Position numbers and translations under genes: made by a program | The notes under the pieces: generated by a model | Databases searched by the model: none | Told to the model about the DNA's origin: nothing | Seen by the model: only the letters and a program-made list of their open reading frames with translations | Assembly (NCBI GenBank): GCA_035390125.1 | Contig: DAOOTD010000003.1 | Coordinates: 20,122 to 84,121, forward strand | DNA: 64,000 nucleotides | Origin: Candidatus Moraniibacteriota bacterium | Lineage (GTDB): Bacteria; Patescibacteriota; Minisyncoccia; Moranbacterales; GWC2-37-73 | Reading direction: 5' to 3' | Shown: piece by piece, positions 1-9,636 of the stretch | Numbering within the stretch: the stretch's first letter is position 1 | How the letters are laid out: every line of letters begins with the position of its first letter

Positions 1-706
1 TGATAAGAAAGCCTGTAATTACATAGGCAAATACAGAAATGGTAAGCAGCTTAAGTACTCTTACATAAAGATGATATTGCACAAAAATTTCTAGCAGAGT
101 TATACCCGCCGCAAGCAAAGCAATTATTATATAGTAATTAAAGTTAGTAAACATTCCTATTGCCGCAGCCATAGCTCCAAGATCAGCACCAATATTGGCG
201 ATATTCGCAACTATGAGCAAAATTACAGCACTAAGCACAATTTTCCGATTATAATGAGTTTTTAGAACTCCAGCCAGACCTTTATTAGTAACTACTCCTA
301 TGCGAGCACATGCCTCTTGAATAGCAGTCATTATAGGTAAAAGCCAAGCAGCCATCCATATAATAGATAAACCAAAGGCTGCACCAACTGATGAATATGT
401 GCCAATTCCTGATGGATCATCATCTGAAGCTCCGGTTATAAGTCCAGGACCTAAAGCTTTCACAAAAAGACGGGCTTTATTCAATGGTGTTCCGATGAAT
501 TTTTTAGCAATAGCTACTTCTGGGGCTGTAATGCGCAAAGTTCCATCAAGTGCCTTCACGGCTTCGACCTCTCCCCAAACAATAAGCTTCTTCGCCAAAA
601 TTAAAGGTATGCCCAATTCTTTTCGAAATTCTGAAAGAGTTAGGGTTTTTTCATTATCTTTTTTCTCTAACTGAACAATACTGTTTTTTAAATTATTTTT
701 TTGCAT
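1..706 (-). CDS. NRAMP-family divalent metal cation transporter (MntH-like), partial; C-terminus lies beyond the window start. An N-terminal ~70-aa extension resembles an excisionase/MerR-type HTH_17 domain
   Basis: Manual reverse-complement translation from ATG at 704-706 gives MQKNNLKNSIVQLEKKDNEKTLTLSEFRKELGIPLILAKKLIVWGEVEAVKALDGTLRITAPEVAIAKKFIGTPLNKARLFVKALGPGLITGASDDDPSGIGTYSSVGAAFGLSIIWMAAWLLPIMTAIQEACARIGVVTNKGLAGVLKTHYNRK... The GPG...DDDPSG...QE.A.R.GVVT.KGLA segment matches the NRAMP signature. The ORF has no stop inside the window, so it is absent from the ORF track. An in-frame stop lies just upstream of the ATG (713-715). The start overlaps the stop of the HAD gene by 14 nt. 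Confidence 0.6.
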   Translation of the reverse strand, partial: MQKNNLKNSIVQLEKKDNEKTLTLSEFRKELGIPLILAKKLIVWGEVEAVKALDGTLRITAPEVAIAKKFIGTPLNKARLFVKALGPGLITGASDDDPSGIGTYSSVGAAFGLSIIWMAAWLLPIMTAIQEACARIGVVTNKGLAGVLKTHYNRKIVLSAVILLIVANIANIGADLGAMAAAIGMFTNFNYYIIIALLAAGITLLEIFVQYHLYVRVLKLLTISVFAYVITGFLI

Positions 707-1346
707 TTTCTTTTATTATTTTTAAAACTGTTCTCAAATTATTAGCAGAGAAATCACAATATTTATTTTTTTTGTCTCCATATCTTCCTTCTTTTCTTCT
801 AATTAAAAATGTTTTAGAAAAATGATATTTATTTTTAACTTCTTCTAAAAAACTTACTCTATCATCAATAAAATAGAAACTTTCCCTTGATTTTCCTATT
901 ATTTTTCCAATAGCCCTACTCTTTTCGGCATAAGCAACAACAATAATTTTGTTAAAATATTTTTCTATCCCAGAATTCTTAATTTTTTCCTTTTGAAAAT
1001 TATTTGTTCCAAAAGACAGAATAAAAATATCTTTTTTTCCCATTTTATTAAGAAACTTATCCACGTCTTTGAAAATATATTTTTTTGTATTCTTTACAAG
1101 AACATTAAAATCTTTTTCCAATTGTTTAGTATCTATCTTTATTTTTTTCTTAATTTTTTTAAATTGGAGCGATGGACTATATGAAAACATATTTCCATAA
1201 TTTGTTTTGGAAATTTTATCCTCGCTTTGGTATGTTTCATAAAAAATATTTTTGGATATTCCATGTTTTTGGAAAATTACTTCTATGTCTTCAATAAATT
1301 TTTTTGTGTTAAATAACACATCGTCAAAATCAATAAAAACTTTCAT
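693..1346 (-). CDS. HAD-superfamily hydrolase
   Basis: N-terminal FIDFDDVLFNT (DxD motif I of the HAD fold), 217 aa. It overlaps the start of the downstream YvcK-like gene by 4 nt, suggesting translational coupling. Confidence 0.65.
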   Translation of the reverse strand: MKVFIDFDDVLFNTKKFIEDIEVIFQKHGISKNIFYETYQSEDKISKTNYGNMFSYSPSLQFKKIKKKIKIDTKQLEKDFNVLVKNTKKYIFKDVDKFLNKMGKKDIFILSFGTNNFQKEKIKNSGIEKYFNKIIVVAYAEKSRAIGKIIGKSRESFYFIDDRVSFLEEVKNKYHFSKTFLIRRKEGRYGDKKNKYCDFSANNLRTVLKIIKENAKK

Positions 1347-2344
1347 CGTTTTTTATTTAAAATATTCATTAAAATTTTAGCTAATTTTTCGCTATCATGA
1401 CGTATGAAAGATCTTTTTTTTGCCAAATAATCAGCCTTAGAATACTTCGGTTTTTCAGCGCTTAAAAGATCGGCACAGATTATTTTCTTTTTTTCTTCTG
1501 CATCACAATTGGTTTTTAATTTTATAAGAAGCTGCCTTTGACTAGCATATTTTTTCACTAAATTCTCTCTAGGTTTTTTTGAATTAAAAGTAGCATAATC
1601 AATTCTTTCTTTTCCTATAAACTTATTTAGAGAAGTAATATAATCTTCTAAACTGAAGTTTTCTGTCTGACCTTTTTTATTAACTAAATTACAGTTAAAA
1701 ACAACCTTGGCTTTTGATTTTATAATAGCTTCCGAAATACCTTTTACTAATAAATTAGGTACTATACTGCAATAATAGTTTCCTGGACCAATAACGATCA
1801 TATCGGCTTTTAATATTTTTTGAATGGCTTTTTTGTTGGCTTTGGCTTTGGGGGTAAGATATATTTTTTTTATTCCCTTTTTTTCTATTTCAAAACTATG
1901 ATTTATTTCATTTTCGCCTTTTAATGTCTTACCATTTTTAAGTTGAATAAAAAGATTAACATCTTGATCTGTCACTGGAACCACCTCTCCTTTTACATTT
2001 AATATTTTGGAAGCCGTTTCTATTCCTTTCGAGAATTTGCCATCTATTTTTTCTAGTGCAGAAATAAAAAGATTACCAAAACTGTGCCCCTTAAGTGCTC
2101 CTTTTTCGAAACGATAATTCATTAAATTTCTAAGTTCTTTGGAAGATTCTGAAAGCGCCACTAAGCACTGCCTGACATCTCCTGGCGGCAAAACTCCGAG
2201 TTCATCTCTTAATACCCCCGTCGATCCTCCATCATCCACCATGGAAACTACAGCAGAAATATCTACTGGATATTTTTTCAAACCGTTTAAAAGAGTGAAG
2301 CTGCCAGTTCCTCCTCCGATTGTAACGATCTTTTTCCTTGCCAT
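1343..2344 (-). CDS. YvcK/CofD-family protein (UPF0052; gluconeogenesis-factor / 2-phospho-L-lactate-transferase-like)
   Basis: KKIVTIGGGTGSFTLLNGLK ... DDGGSTG ... LPPGDVRQCLVAL motifs are characteristic of the CofD/YvcK family; 333 aa. Confidence 0.7.
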   Translation of the reverse strand: MARKKIVTIGGGTGSFTLLNGLKKYPVDISAVVSMVDDGGSTGVLRDELGVLPPGDVRQCLVALSESSKELRNLMNYRFEKGALKGHSFGNLFISALEKIDGKFSKGIETASKILNVKGEVVPVTDQDVNLFIQLKNGKTLKGENEINHSFEIEKKGIKKIYLTPKAKANKKAIQKILKADMIVIGPGNYYCSIVPNLLVKGISEAIIKSKAKVVFNCNLVNKKGQTENFSLEDYITSLNKFIGKERIDYATFNSKKPRENLVKKYASQRQLLIKLKTNCDAEEKKKIICADLLSAEKPKYSKADYLAKKRSFIRHDSEKLAKILMNILNKKR

Positions 2345-2346
2345 AG

Positions 2347-3027
2347 CTAAATAAATTTATCTATAACTTCTTCGGCTTTCTTTATGTCTTCGGGATAACC
2401 AACTGGCAACCATTGCAAAGCCTGCAAAATCTTTACTGGATAATCTTGCGCCATTTTGGCCAAAGTTTGAGGAAGACCAAATTCAGTTTCACTAATGGGA
2501 ACCAGGTCATAATCAAAAAATTTCTCATTTAATACAAAGGCGTTTGTACTAATTAAAGCTTTTTCTTTTAATTGAGGCTTTTCTATTATTTCAATCAGAT
2601 GACCACTTTCATCAGTTTTTAAAACACCAAATCTCGTTGAATCTTCAACTTCGAAAGCTAAAATTGCCAATTCATAATTCAGAAGATCCTTTAGATCTTC
2701 TTTATAATAAAGATCGTCTCCCATAACCACCATAAACTTGCCTTTTAATAAATCTTTGCAGGTATGCACTGCCCCGCCGGTGCCGTTTAATTTTTCCTGC
2801 ACAACATATTTGATTTTTCGTCCATTGAACTCATCTCCGAAATATTTCTGAATCTGGTCACCAAGATGATTAATAACAATAATAACTTCGTCAACAATTT
2901 CTGGCAAAAAATTTATAGTATACTCCAAAATTGGTTTTTCCTTAACTAAAAGCATCGCCTTGGGAATATCATACGTTAATGGTTGCATCCGTGTTCCCTT
3001 TCCAGCGGCTAAAATCACTGCTTGCAT
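2347..3027 (-). CDS. Sugar-phosphate nucleotidyltransferase (NTP_transferase family)
   Basis: MQAVILAAGKGTRMQPLT...PK.ML motif (G-x-G-T-R-M nucleotide-binding loop of the RmlA/GlmU-type fold); 226 aa. Confidence 0.7.
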   Translation of the reverse strand: MQAVILAAGKGTRMQPLTYDIPKAMLLVKEKPILEYTINFLPEIVDEVIIVINHLGDQIQKYFGDEFNGRKIKYVVQEKLNGTGGAVHTCKDLLKGKFMVVMGDDLYYKEDLKDLLNYELAILAFEVEDSTRFGVLKTDESGHLIEIIEKPQLKEKALISTNAFVLNEKFFDYDLVPISETEFGLPQTLAKMAQDYPVKILQALQWLPVGYPEDIKKAEEVIDKFI

Positions 3028-3039
3028 AATTTTTTATTT

Positions 3040-5472
3040 TTAACTGATTACGATATTTATTAGTCTGCCAGCAACAAAAATTATTTTCTTTATTTCTTTG
3101 CCTTCAATAAATGACTTTATCTTCTCCCTTTCCAAGGCTGTTTCTTTGGCTTCGTCTTCCGTCACGTCTGGTGCCACAAAAATTTTGTCACGTAATTTTC
3201 CATTTACCTGTACAACCATCTCTATTTCTTCTTCTTTGAGATATTTTTCGTCAGCCTCTGGCCATTTTTCTTTAAATATTGATTCTTTATTACCCAATTG
3301 TGACCAAAGCTCTTCAGTTATATGTGGAGCAAAAGGGCTAAGAACAGTCAGGAATAATTTATATTCAGAAGCCATTAAAACCTTTTCTTTTTCCATGGCA
3401 TTTACTAAAATCATCATTTGTGAAATTGCAGTATTAAATCTAAAGTTTTCAATATCTTCTGTAACTTTCTTTATAGTTTTATTGAGCAATATTTGAACAT
3501 TATTATCTGCTATGTTTTGATCGCTGATTTTTGATTGTAAATTCCAAACTTTTTCTAAAAATCTCACGATACCAATTATTCCCTTTGTATTCCATGGTTT
3601 CATAGCTTCTAGTGGACCCATAAACATTTCGAACATCCTAAGTGCATCAGCGCCATATTCATCCACAACTTTGTCCGGGTTAATGACATTGCCGAAAGAC
3701 TTAGACATTTTACGACTGTCTTCAGCTAAAATTATGCCTTGGTGTCTTAGCTTTAAAAATGGTTCATCAAAGTTAACATAGCCTAAGTTATGCAAAACCT
3801 TGGTAAAAAATCTGGCATAAAGCAGGTGTAAAACTGAATGTTCCGCTCCTCCGACATACAAATCAACCGGCAACCATTGCTTCAGCATTTCCAGACTAGC
3901 AAATTCTTTGTCATTTTTTGGATCACTATAACGCAGATAATACCAAGATGAACAAACAAATGTGTCCATAGTATCTGATTCTCTTCTGGCTTTTTCGCCA
4001 CAATTAGGACATTTAACATCATGGAATTTTTTAGATTTCACTAATGGTGATTCGCCTGTCGGCATGAAGTCAACATCATCCGAAAGCAGAACCGGCAGAT
4101 TTTTTTCCAGTGCTGGAACTTCACCGCATTTATCACAATAAATTATTGGAATTGGAGCACCCCAATATCTTTGACGCGAAACTAACCAGTCCCGCAATTT
4201 GTAGTTTACAGTTCCATGACCAATTCCCTCTTTTTCCAGCCACTGGGTTAGTTTTTTACGGGCTTCTTCTGATGTTAAATCATTATACTCGCCAGAATTT
4301 ACTAAAATACCATCTTCCGTATAAGCCCTTTTTTCAATTGATGATTCTCCTTCTCTGCTTTTTATGACTTCTTCTATTTTTAAATTAAACTTCTTGGCAA
4401 ATTCATAATCTCTTTCATCATGAGCCGGCACAGCCATGACTGCGCCTGTGCCATAGTGCGCTAATACAAAATCAGATACAAAAAGCGGAATTTCTTCTTT
4501 CGTAAATGGATTAATAACTTTCATTCCCTTTAATTCAATGCCTGTTTTTTCCTTAGTTTCTGAAATTCTTTGCAGTTCCGATTTTTTCTTAGCTTCAGCA
4601 ACGTATTTTTTAACTTCTTTCCAATTCAAGATCTGAGATTTAAGATCTGAAATTACTTTATGTTCAGGAGCAATCAGGGCAAAAGTCATACCAAAAACTG
4701 TATCTAAGCGTGTGGTAAAAACTTCCAGATATTTATCTGTGTCGATAATCTGCATTTTAAACTGTGCGCCTTCTGATTTGTTTATCCAATTTTTCTGCGC
4801 TAATTTTGTTGACTCCGGCCAGTCAACTTTATCCAATCCATTAATAAGTCCGGATGTTTTTCCTTTATCTTCAACAAAATCAGTAATCTTAAAAAACCAC
4901 TGTTCCATATCTTTCTGAATAACTTGATTCTTACATCTTTCACAGATTCCACTTTCTGCTTGTTCATTAGCTAAAACCGTCTGACAAGATTCACACCAGT
5001 TTACCTTGGCTTTTTTCTTATAAGCTAATCCGTTTTTATAAAGCAGAAGAAAAAACCACTGCGTCCATTTATAATATTCCGGATCAGCTGAACAAATTTC
5101 TCGCGACCAATCATAAGAAAAACCCATTCTGTTCATTTGTCCCTTGAAAGTCGCAATGGCTTTTCTAGTTGTTTCTAATGGATGAATTTTTGTTTTAATT
5201 GCGTAGTTTTCTGCCGGCAATCCAAAAGCGTCCCAGCCTTGAGGATGCAGAACATTTAGGCCTTTCATCCTTGAATATCTGGAAAGAATATCGGTCGCCG
5301 TATAACTTTCCACATGTCCGACATGCAAACCATCTCCTGATGGATATGGAAACATATCTAAAATATATTTTTTTTCTTTTTTTGAATCATTTTCAGCAAA
5401 ATATAGCTCTGGGTTTTTCCCCCAGTAATCTTGCCATTTTTGTTCAATTTTTTTATGATCGTATTTTTTCAT
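3040..5472 (-). CDS. leuS: Leucyl-tRNA synthetase
   Basis: HVGHVESYTATDILSRYSRMKGLNVLHPQGWDAFGLPAENYAIK (HIGH region) and a KMSKS motif; 810 aa. Confidence 0.95.
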   Translation of the reverse strand: MKKYDHKKIEQKWQDYWGKNPELYFAENDSKKEKKYILDMFPYPSGDGLHVGHVESYTATDILSRYSRMKGLNVLHPQGWDAFGLPAENYAIKTKIHPLETTRKAIATFKGQMNRMGFSYDWSREICSADPEYYKWTQWFFLLLYKNGLAYKKKAKVNWCESCQTVLANEQAESGICERCKNQVIQKDMEQWFFKITDFVEDKGKTSGLINGLDKVDWPESTKLAQKNWINKSEGAQFKMQIIDTDKYLEVFTTRLDTVFGMTFALIAPEHKVISDLKSQILNWKEVKKYVAEAKKKSELQRISETKEKTGIELKGMKVINPFTKEEIPLFVSDFVLAHYGTGAVMAVPAHDERDYEFAKKFNLKIEEVIKSREGESSIEKRAYTEDGILVNSGEYNDLTSEEARKKLTQWLEKEGIGHGTVNYKLRDWLVSRQRYWGAPIPIIYCDKCGEVPALEKNLPVLLSDDVDFMPTGESPLVKSKKFHDVKCPNCGEKARRESDTMDTFVCSSWYYLRYSDPKNDKEFASLEMLKQWLPVDLYVGGAEHSVLHLLYARFFTKVLHNLGYVNFDEPFLKLRHQGIILAEDSRKMSKSFGNVINPDKVVDEYGADALRMFEMFMGPLEAMKPWNTKGIIGIVRFLEKVWNLQSKISDQNIADNNVQILLNKTIKKVTEDIENFRFNTAISQMMILVNAMEKEKVLMASEYKLFLTVLSPFAPHITEELWSQLGNKESIFKEKWPEADEKYLKEEEIEMVVQVNGKLRDKIFVAPDVTEDEAKETALEREKIKSFIEGKEIKKIIFVAGRLINIVIS

Positions 5473-5503
5473 GTGTTTATACTACCATAAATAAAGACTT
5501 TTA

Positions 5504-6322
5504 TCAATTATTTTCCTTTTGTTGAGCCTTAAAAGCCAAATATACGTTTTCCAAAAGACAGGCAATTGTGACAGGGCCTACTCCTCCTGGAACAGGAGAC
5601 AAAAAACCATTTTTTTCTTCTACTGAAGCAAAATCAACATCTCCTATAACTTTCCCATTAAATTTTTCAATTCCACCATCAATTACAATGGCTTTGTCTT
5701 TAAGCATTTCTCCTTTTAATAATCCACAATGTCCAACAGCGCTTATTACAATATCAGCTTTTCTGATTTTATTCATATTTTCAGACATATTTTTTGCAAT
5801 AAGATATTCTGTTTGAATGTTATTTTTTAAAAGCATTTTTGCCATAGTCTGTCCAAATTCATCAGAATTAGCAATAACTATTGCTTTTTTTCTTTCTAAA
5901 TTTTCTCCGCTGCTTTCCAGCAATAATAAAATTGCCTGAGGAAAAACAGGACTGAGTGCACTTTTACCGGAAAAGCCGTCGGCATCTTTTCTCGGATCGA
6001 TATTGGATATTATTTTTTTAGCATTAAGAATTCTTGGCAAAGGCATTTGTACAATCATTCCGTGAATGTTCTTATCATTATTTATTTTTTGTATAAGATC
6101 TATAACTTTATTTTCAGAAATATTTTCTTCCAAATCAAATCTTTGAAAATTTATGCCTATTTCCCTGGCTTTTTTTTCTTTAAGCGAAACATAAAGATGC
6201 GAAGCCTCGTCTTTTCCAACCAGAATAACAGCCATCCCTGGTTTTTTGTTGCTCATTGAAATATCGCTTTTTAAGCGATTCAGAATTTTATCGGCAATTG
6301 GTTTTCCATATAACAATATCAT
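5504..6322 (-). CDS. folD: Bifunctional methylenetetrahydrofolate dehydrogenase/cyclohydrolase
   Basis: AVILVGKDEASHLYVSLKEKKAREIGI and PVPGGVGPVTIA motifs; 272 aa. Confidence 0.9.
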   Translation of the reverse strand: MILLYGKPIADKILNRLKSDISMSNKKPGMAVILVGKDEASHLYVSLKEKKAREIGINFQRFDLEENISENKVIDLIQKINNDKNIHGMIVQMPLPRILNAKKIISNIDPRKDADGFSGKSALSPVFPQAILLLLESSGENLERKKAIVIANSDEFGQTMAKMLLKNNIQTEYLIAKNMSENMNKIRKADIVISAVGHCGLLKGEMLKDKAIVIDGGIEKFNGKVIGDVDFASVEEKNGFLSPVPGGVGPVTIACLLENVYLAFKAQQKENN

Positions 6323-6446
6323 TTTTTAGTTTATGGCTATATTTATTATTTTTTAATTATACCCTTTAAAAACAAAAAGGGGCAAATGTTTTTTATTTTT
6401 TTAAAACATAAAAAATAGCAAAGAAAAATTTAACACAAAAATAGAG

Positions 6447-6476
6447 AAAAATCGGTATTGATACCGATTTTTCAAC
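6447..6476 (-). terminator. Rho-independent terminator downstream of tgt
   Basis: Inverted repeat aaaaATCGGTAT-tg-ATACCGATtttt (8-12 bp stem), followed on the minus strand by TTTTTCTCTATTTTTG. Confidence 0.5.
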
Positions 6477-6497
6477 TTACCAAAACATTAACACTCC

Positions 6498-7604
6498 TTA
6501 CTGTAACTTTTTCATTAATTCCAGATAAAAATTTAGGTTATGCAATGAAGCTAATTTCAAAAAAAGAGGATCCTTTGATTTAATTAAGTGATTAAGGTAA
6601 GCTTTAGTATAATTTTGGCAAGCATAGCAATTGCAATTTTTATCAATAGGTGTAAAATCATTCCTGAATTTTTCATTTCTGATATTTATTGTTTTATAAA
6701 AATCCTTTTTTTGTATGTCTTCTTTTTTCCAAATAAATAACCTACCGTGCCTTCCTTCCCTTGTTGGAATAACACAGTCAAACATATCCCATCCCATATG
6801 CACACATTTAACAATATCTTCTGGAGTTCCTACACCTAAGGCAAATCGCAATGATTTTTCAGGAATAAGATCAGCAGTAAATTCCAAAACGTCTTTTAAA
6901 AATTTTCCTCCACTGTCAACGTGCCTAGCTCCAAATCCATAACCGTCAAATCCTATTTTTATAAGATTTTCTGTACAATATTTCCTTAAATCCTTATATT
7001 CCCCTCCTTGAATAACCCCAAAAAGAAGTGGTCGATTTTTTTGTTTTATTTTTCTTTTTTCAATCTGTTTTCCATATTCAACTTTACATCTTTTGGCCCA
7101 AGAAATTGTCCTTTCTACTGATTTTTTTATTTTTTCTTTGCTGTAATTATTTGGCGGTGGGTCATCCAAGCAAACCATCATATCTACCCCTAAATCAAAC
7201 TGTATTTGCATGGCTTTCTCTGGCGTTAATTCATGCCTTAATCCATCCAAGGGCGATTTAAAAATAACCTTTTTATCAGTAATTTTGCCCATTTTTGGAT
7301 TTTTATGAATAAGGGAAAAAACCTGGTAACCTCCACTATCTGATAGAAGTGGATTATTCCAATTCATGAATTTATGGATACCACCCGACTTAGTTATAGT
7401 TTTAATCCCAGGCTGAAGGTATAAATGATAGGTATTTACAACCATAGGACCCATGCCAATTTTTTTTAAATCATTCTCGGAAAGAGACCTAACAAAACCC
7501 CTGGTTGCGTCAGGCATAAAAAACGGGGTTTTAATAACTCCGTTTTTAGTATATAAAATACCCTTGCGATGCTTTTTTTGTTGCGATAATAATTTAATTC
7601 CCAT
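6498..7604 (-). CDS. tgt: Queuine tRNA-ribosyltransferase
   Basis: TPFFMPDATRGFVRSL...NTYHLYLQPG and the zinc-binding CNCYAC...H motif; 368 aa. Confidence 0.9.
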   Translation of the reverse strand: MGIKLLSQQKKHRKGILYTKNGVIKTPFFMPDATRGFVRSLSENDLKKIGMGPMVVNTYHLYLQPGIKTITKSGGIHKFMNWNNPLLSDSGGYQVFSLIHKNPKMGKITDKKVIFKSPLDGLRHELTPEKAMQIQFDLGVDMMVCLDDPPPNNYSKEKIKKSVERTISWAKRCKVEYGKQIEKRKIKQKNRPLLFGVIQGGEYKDLRKYCTENLIKIGFDGYGFGARHVDSGGKFLKDVLEFTADLIPEKSLRFALGVGTPEDIVKCVHMGWDMFDCVIPTREGRHGRLFIWKKEDIQKKDFYKTINIRNEKFRNDFTPIDKNCNCYACQNYTKAYLNHLIKSKDPLFLKLASLHNLNFYLELMKKLQ

Positions 7605-7659
7605 GAGATAACATCATAATCAATACGTTAGAACGTATAGAATAAATTTAATTATTAGA

Positions 7660-9570
7660 TTACTTGATGACCTTACCGGCATACCCTACCTTGGGATCTT
7701 CTGAAAGCTGAGTATTTTTTTTCTCTTTTTTTATGTTTATATTTTGTCCTGTAAAACTATCGGTTGCGCTTAAAACAGATTCATTGAGAAGTGTAATGAA
7801 CTGACCAAATTGGTTTAGCTGTGGAGTTATTTCAACTTGAAATGCAACTTCTCGTTTAGGCTTTAAAACTCCCGTCGCCGCATTTATATCACCAGCATCC
7901 CAAATAACCTCGTTAGTTCTTTCATTGTATGAAATTTTCTCACCTTCTGGATATACTTTTCCGGTCCAGCGTACTCCCGATGGCAATGATGATATTATTT
8001 TTGTATTAGAAATATCATTGGAAATATTATCAACCAACCAATGCAAAGAGAAAGTAGTTGGTGATCCCACCTTGATAGGCATAGGACCCGTATTTGAAAT
8101 CTTTGAATCATTATAAAATCCTTGGACATTAAAAAGTACTTTTGATGAAAGTTTCAGCTTTAAAACATCACTGCCTATGATCTTATTCGCATTATTGGTC
8201 ACTGGAATATCTGGGCTATCTATTTTTGCAACAGAAGAAACTATAAAGTTTTTGTCAGATTCTTTTTCTACAGGAATCATTATTTTTACAGGGATTGAAA
8301 AGCCAACTGATCCTGATGCCTGAGGACTAATATTTTTTAGCTCTGGAATTTCTGATGCTTTCCAGGTTATTAACCCTGTTTGTTCGGAATAAGATCCTCT
8401 GTCTACTTTTATTTTTGAAAAATCAAGAATATTTCCCTTAATTTGAGCGGTTATAATAGCATCACGAAGACCCACAGAACCAGTATTTACATACTGGATT
8501 ACATAAGAAAGTTTTTCTCCAGCATAAATAAAGTTTGAATCTTTTTTATATAAAGATTGATTTATTGTAAGAATAGGAGAAATTATGTTAGTTTTATATT
8601 CTTGTTTATCAAAAATTGAAAAATTTCCATCCTCTCCAATGTGCCCGAGTGAGACAGAAATAGTTTCTTGATCTCCACTTTTGCCTTCAAGCTGACCATG
8701 AATTATTATTTTTCCGCTTTGCCCTGCTTCTAGGCTCAGTATATACCAATATGCATTTTTTTCAGATGGGTTTGGTTGCGCATCATTAAATTCAAATCCC
8801 TGAGGAAAATCAACCCTGATTTGTAAATCACTTATATTTTTTATATCATTGTTTTTATACTCAATCACATACTCAACTTCATTTCCACTAACTATTTCTT
8901 GCGGAGCCATTATATTAATTGAAATTGGTGAACCAGCTATTCTTACGCTAATTTCACTTTCCGTTGAAAGACTTTCTGAAGAATTAGCTGGAGTAAAAAT
9001 AAGAGATGCATGCATATTAGCAGGAAAATCTTTGGGGGCATAAAAATTTCCCTTGAAATCAACCGTTCCTTCATTTTTTGGTTCTATAGTGCCTATATTT
9101 ATCAGACTTGAACCAAGGCTTAGGTATTTAACATTTACATTGTCAGATGATGGCTGAAAATTTTCAGTATAAGTTAATTTAATCTCAACATTTTTCAAGG
9201 CAATACGATTATCATTTTTATAATGTATTGTGTACTTAGTGGGTGCAGTGCTATCAACTTCCCTAGGTCCGTCAATATACACCGAAACCCGATCTTGATT
9301 AAATGCACTTTTTTTCCACCAATTATAAGTAAAATATCCAGCTAAAGAAATAATAAACAATAAAATGACTGATGAAATTATCAATATCATTTTTTTTTGT
9401 TCAGGCGAAAGGCCTTTTTTGGGCCTGCTCCAGTTTTGTTGTTCGTCAAAAGGACTAGGTTGTTCGGGAAGAGATTTGTTGGGATTATATTCGTTCCTTT
9501 CCTGGATGCGCTCAGGAACTACATTTGAATCATATTTATACAGTTCTTTATTGAGATCATTTAGAGACAT
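7660..9570 (-). CDS. Membrane-anchored protein with a large extracytoplasmic beta-rich domain (DUF11/CARDB-like 'conserved repeat domain' segments)
   Basis: ~60-aa cytoplasmic N-terminus, one TM helix (MILIISSVILLFIISLAGYFTYNWW), then a 550-aa domain with repeated L.Y.I.Y.N.G...A.I.A motifs (GEKLSYVIQYVNTGSVGLRDAIITAQI). Confidence 0.55.
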   Translation of the reverse strand: MSLNDLNKELYKYDSNVVPERIQERNEYNPNKSLPEQPSPFDEQQNWSRPKKGLSPEQKKMILIISSVILLFIISLAGYFTYNWWKKSAFNQDRVSVYIDGPREVDSTAPTKYTIHYKNDNRIALKNVEIKLTYTENFQPSSDNVNVKYLSLGSSLINIGTIEPKNEGTVDFKGNFYAPKDFPANMHASLIFTPANSSESLSTESEISVRIAGSPISINIMAPQEIVSGNEVEYVIEYKNNDIKNISDLQIRVDFPQGFEFNDAQPNPSEKNAYWYILSLEAGQSGKIIIHGQLEGKSGDQETISVSLGHIGEDGNFSIFDKQEYKTNIISPILTINQSLYKKDSNFIYAGEKLSYVIQYVNTGSVGLRDAIITAQIKGNILDFSKIKVDRGSYSEQTGLITWKASEIPELKNISPQASGSVGFSIPVKIMIPVEKESDKNFIVSSVAKIDSPDIPVTNNANKIIGSDVLKLKLSSKVLFNVQGFYNDSKISNTGPMPIKVGSPTTFSLHWLVDNISNDISNTKIISSLPSGVRWTGKVYPEGEKISYNERTNEVIWDAGDINAATGVLKPKREVAFQVEITPQLNQFGQFITLLNESVLSATDSFTGQNINIKKEKKNTQLSEDPKVGYAGKVIK

Positions 9571-9636
9571 AATTTTTTGTATATTTTTTTATTTTATACC
9601 TGTTTTTATAATACCATAAAATGAGTGTTTTTCAAG

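Noticed and set aside
399-674. 91-aa + strand ORF at the left end
   Set aside because: It lies antisense to the NRAMP gene, whose minus-strand frame has clear family motifs. Its product is low-complexity (S/P-rich) with no motifs. It is a shadow ORF.
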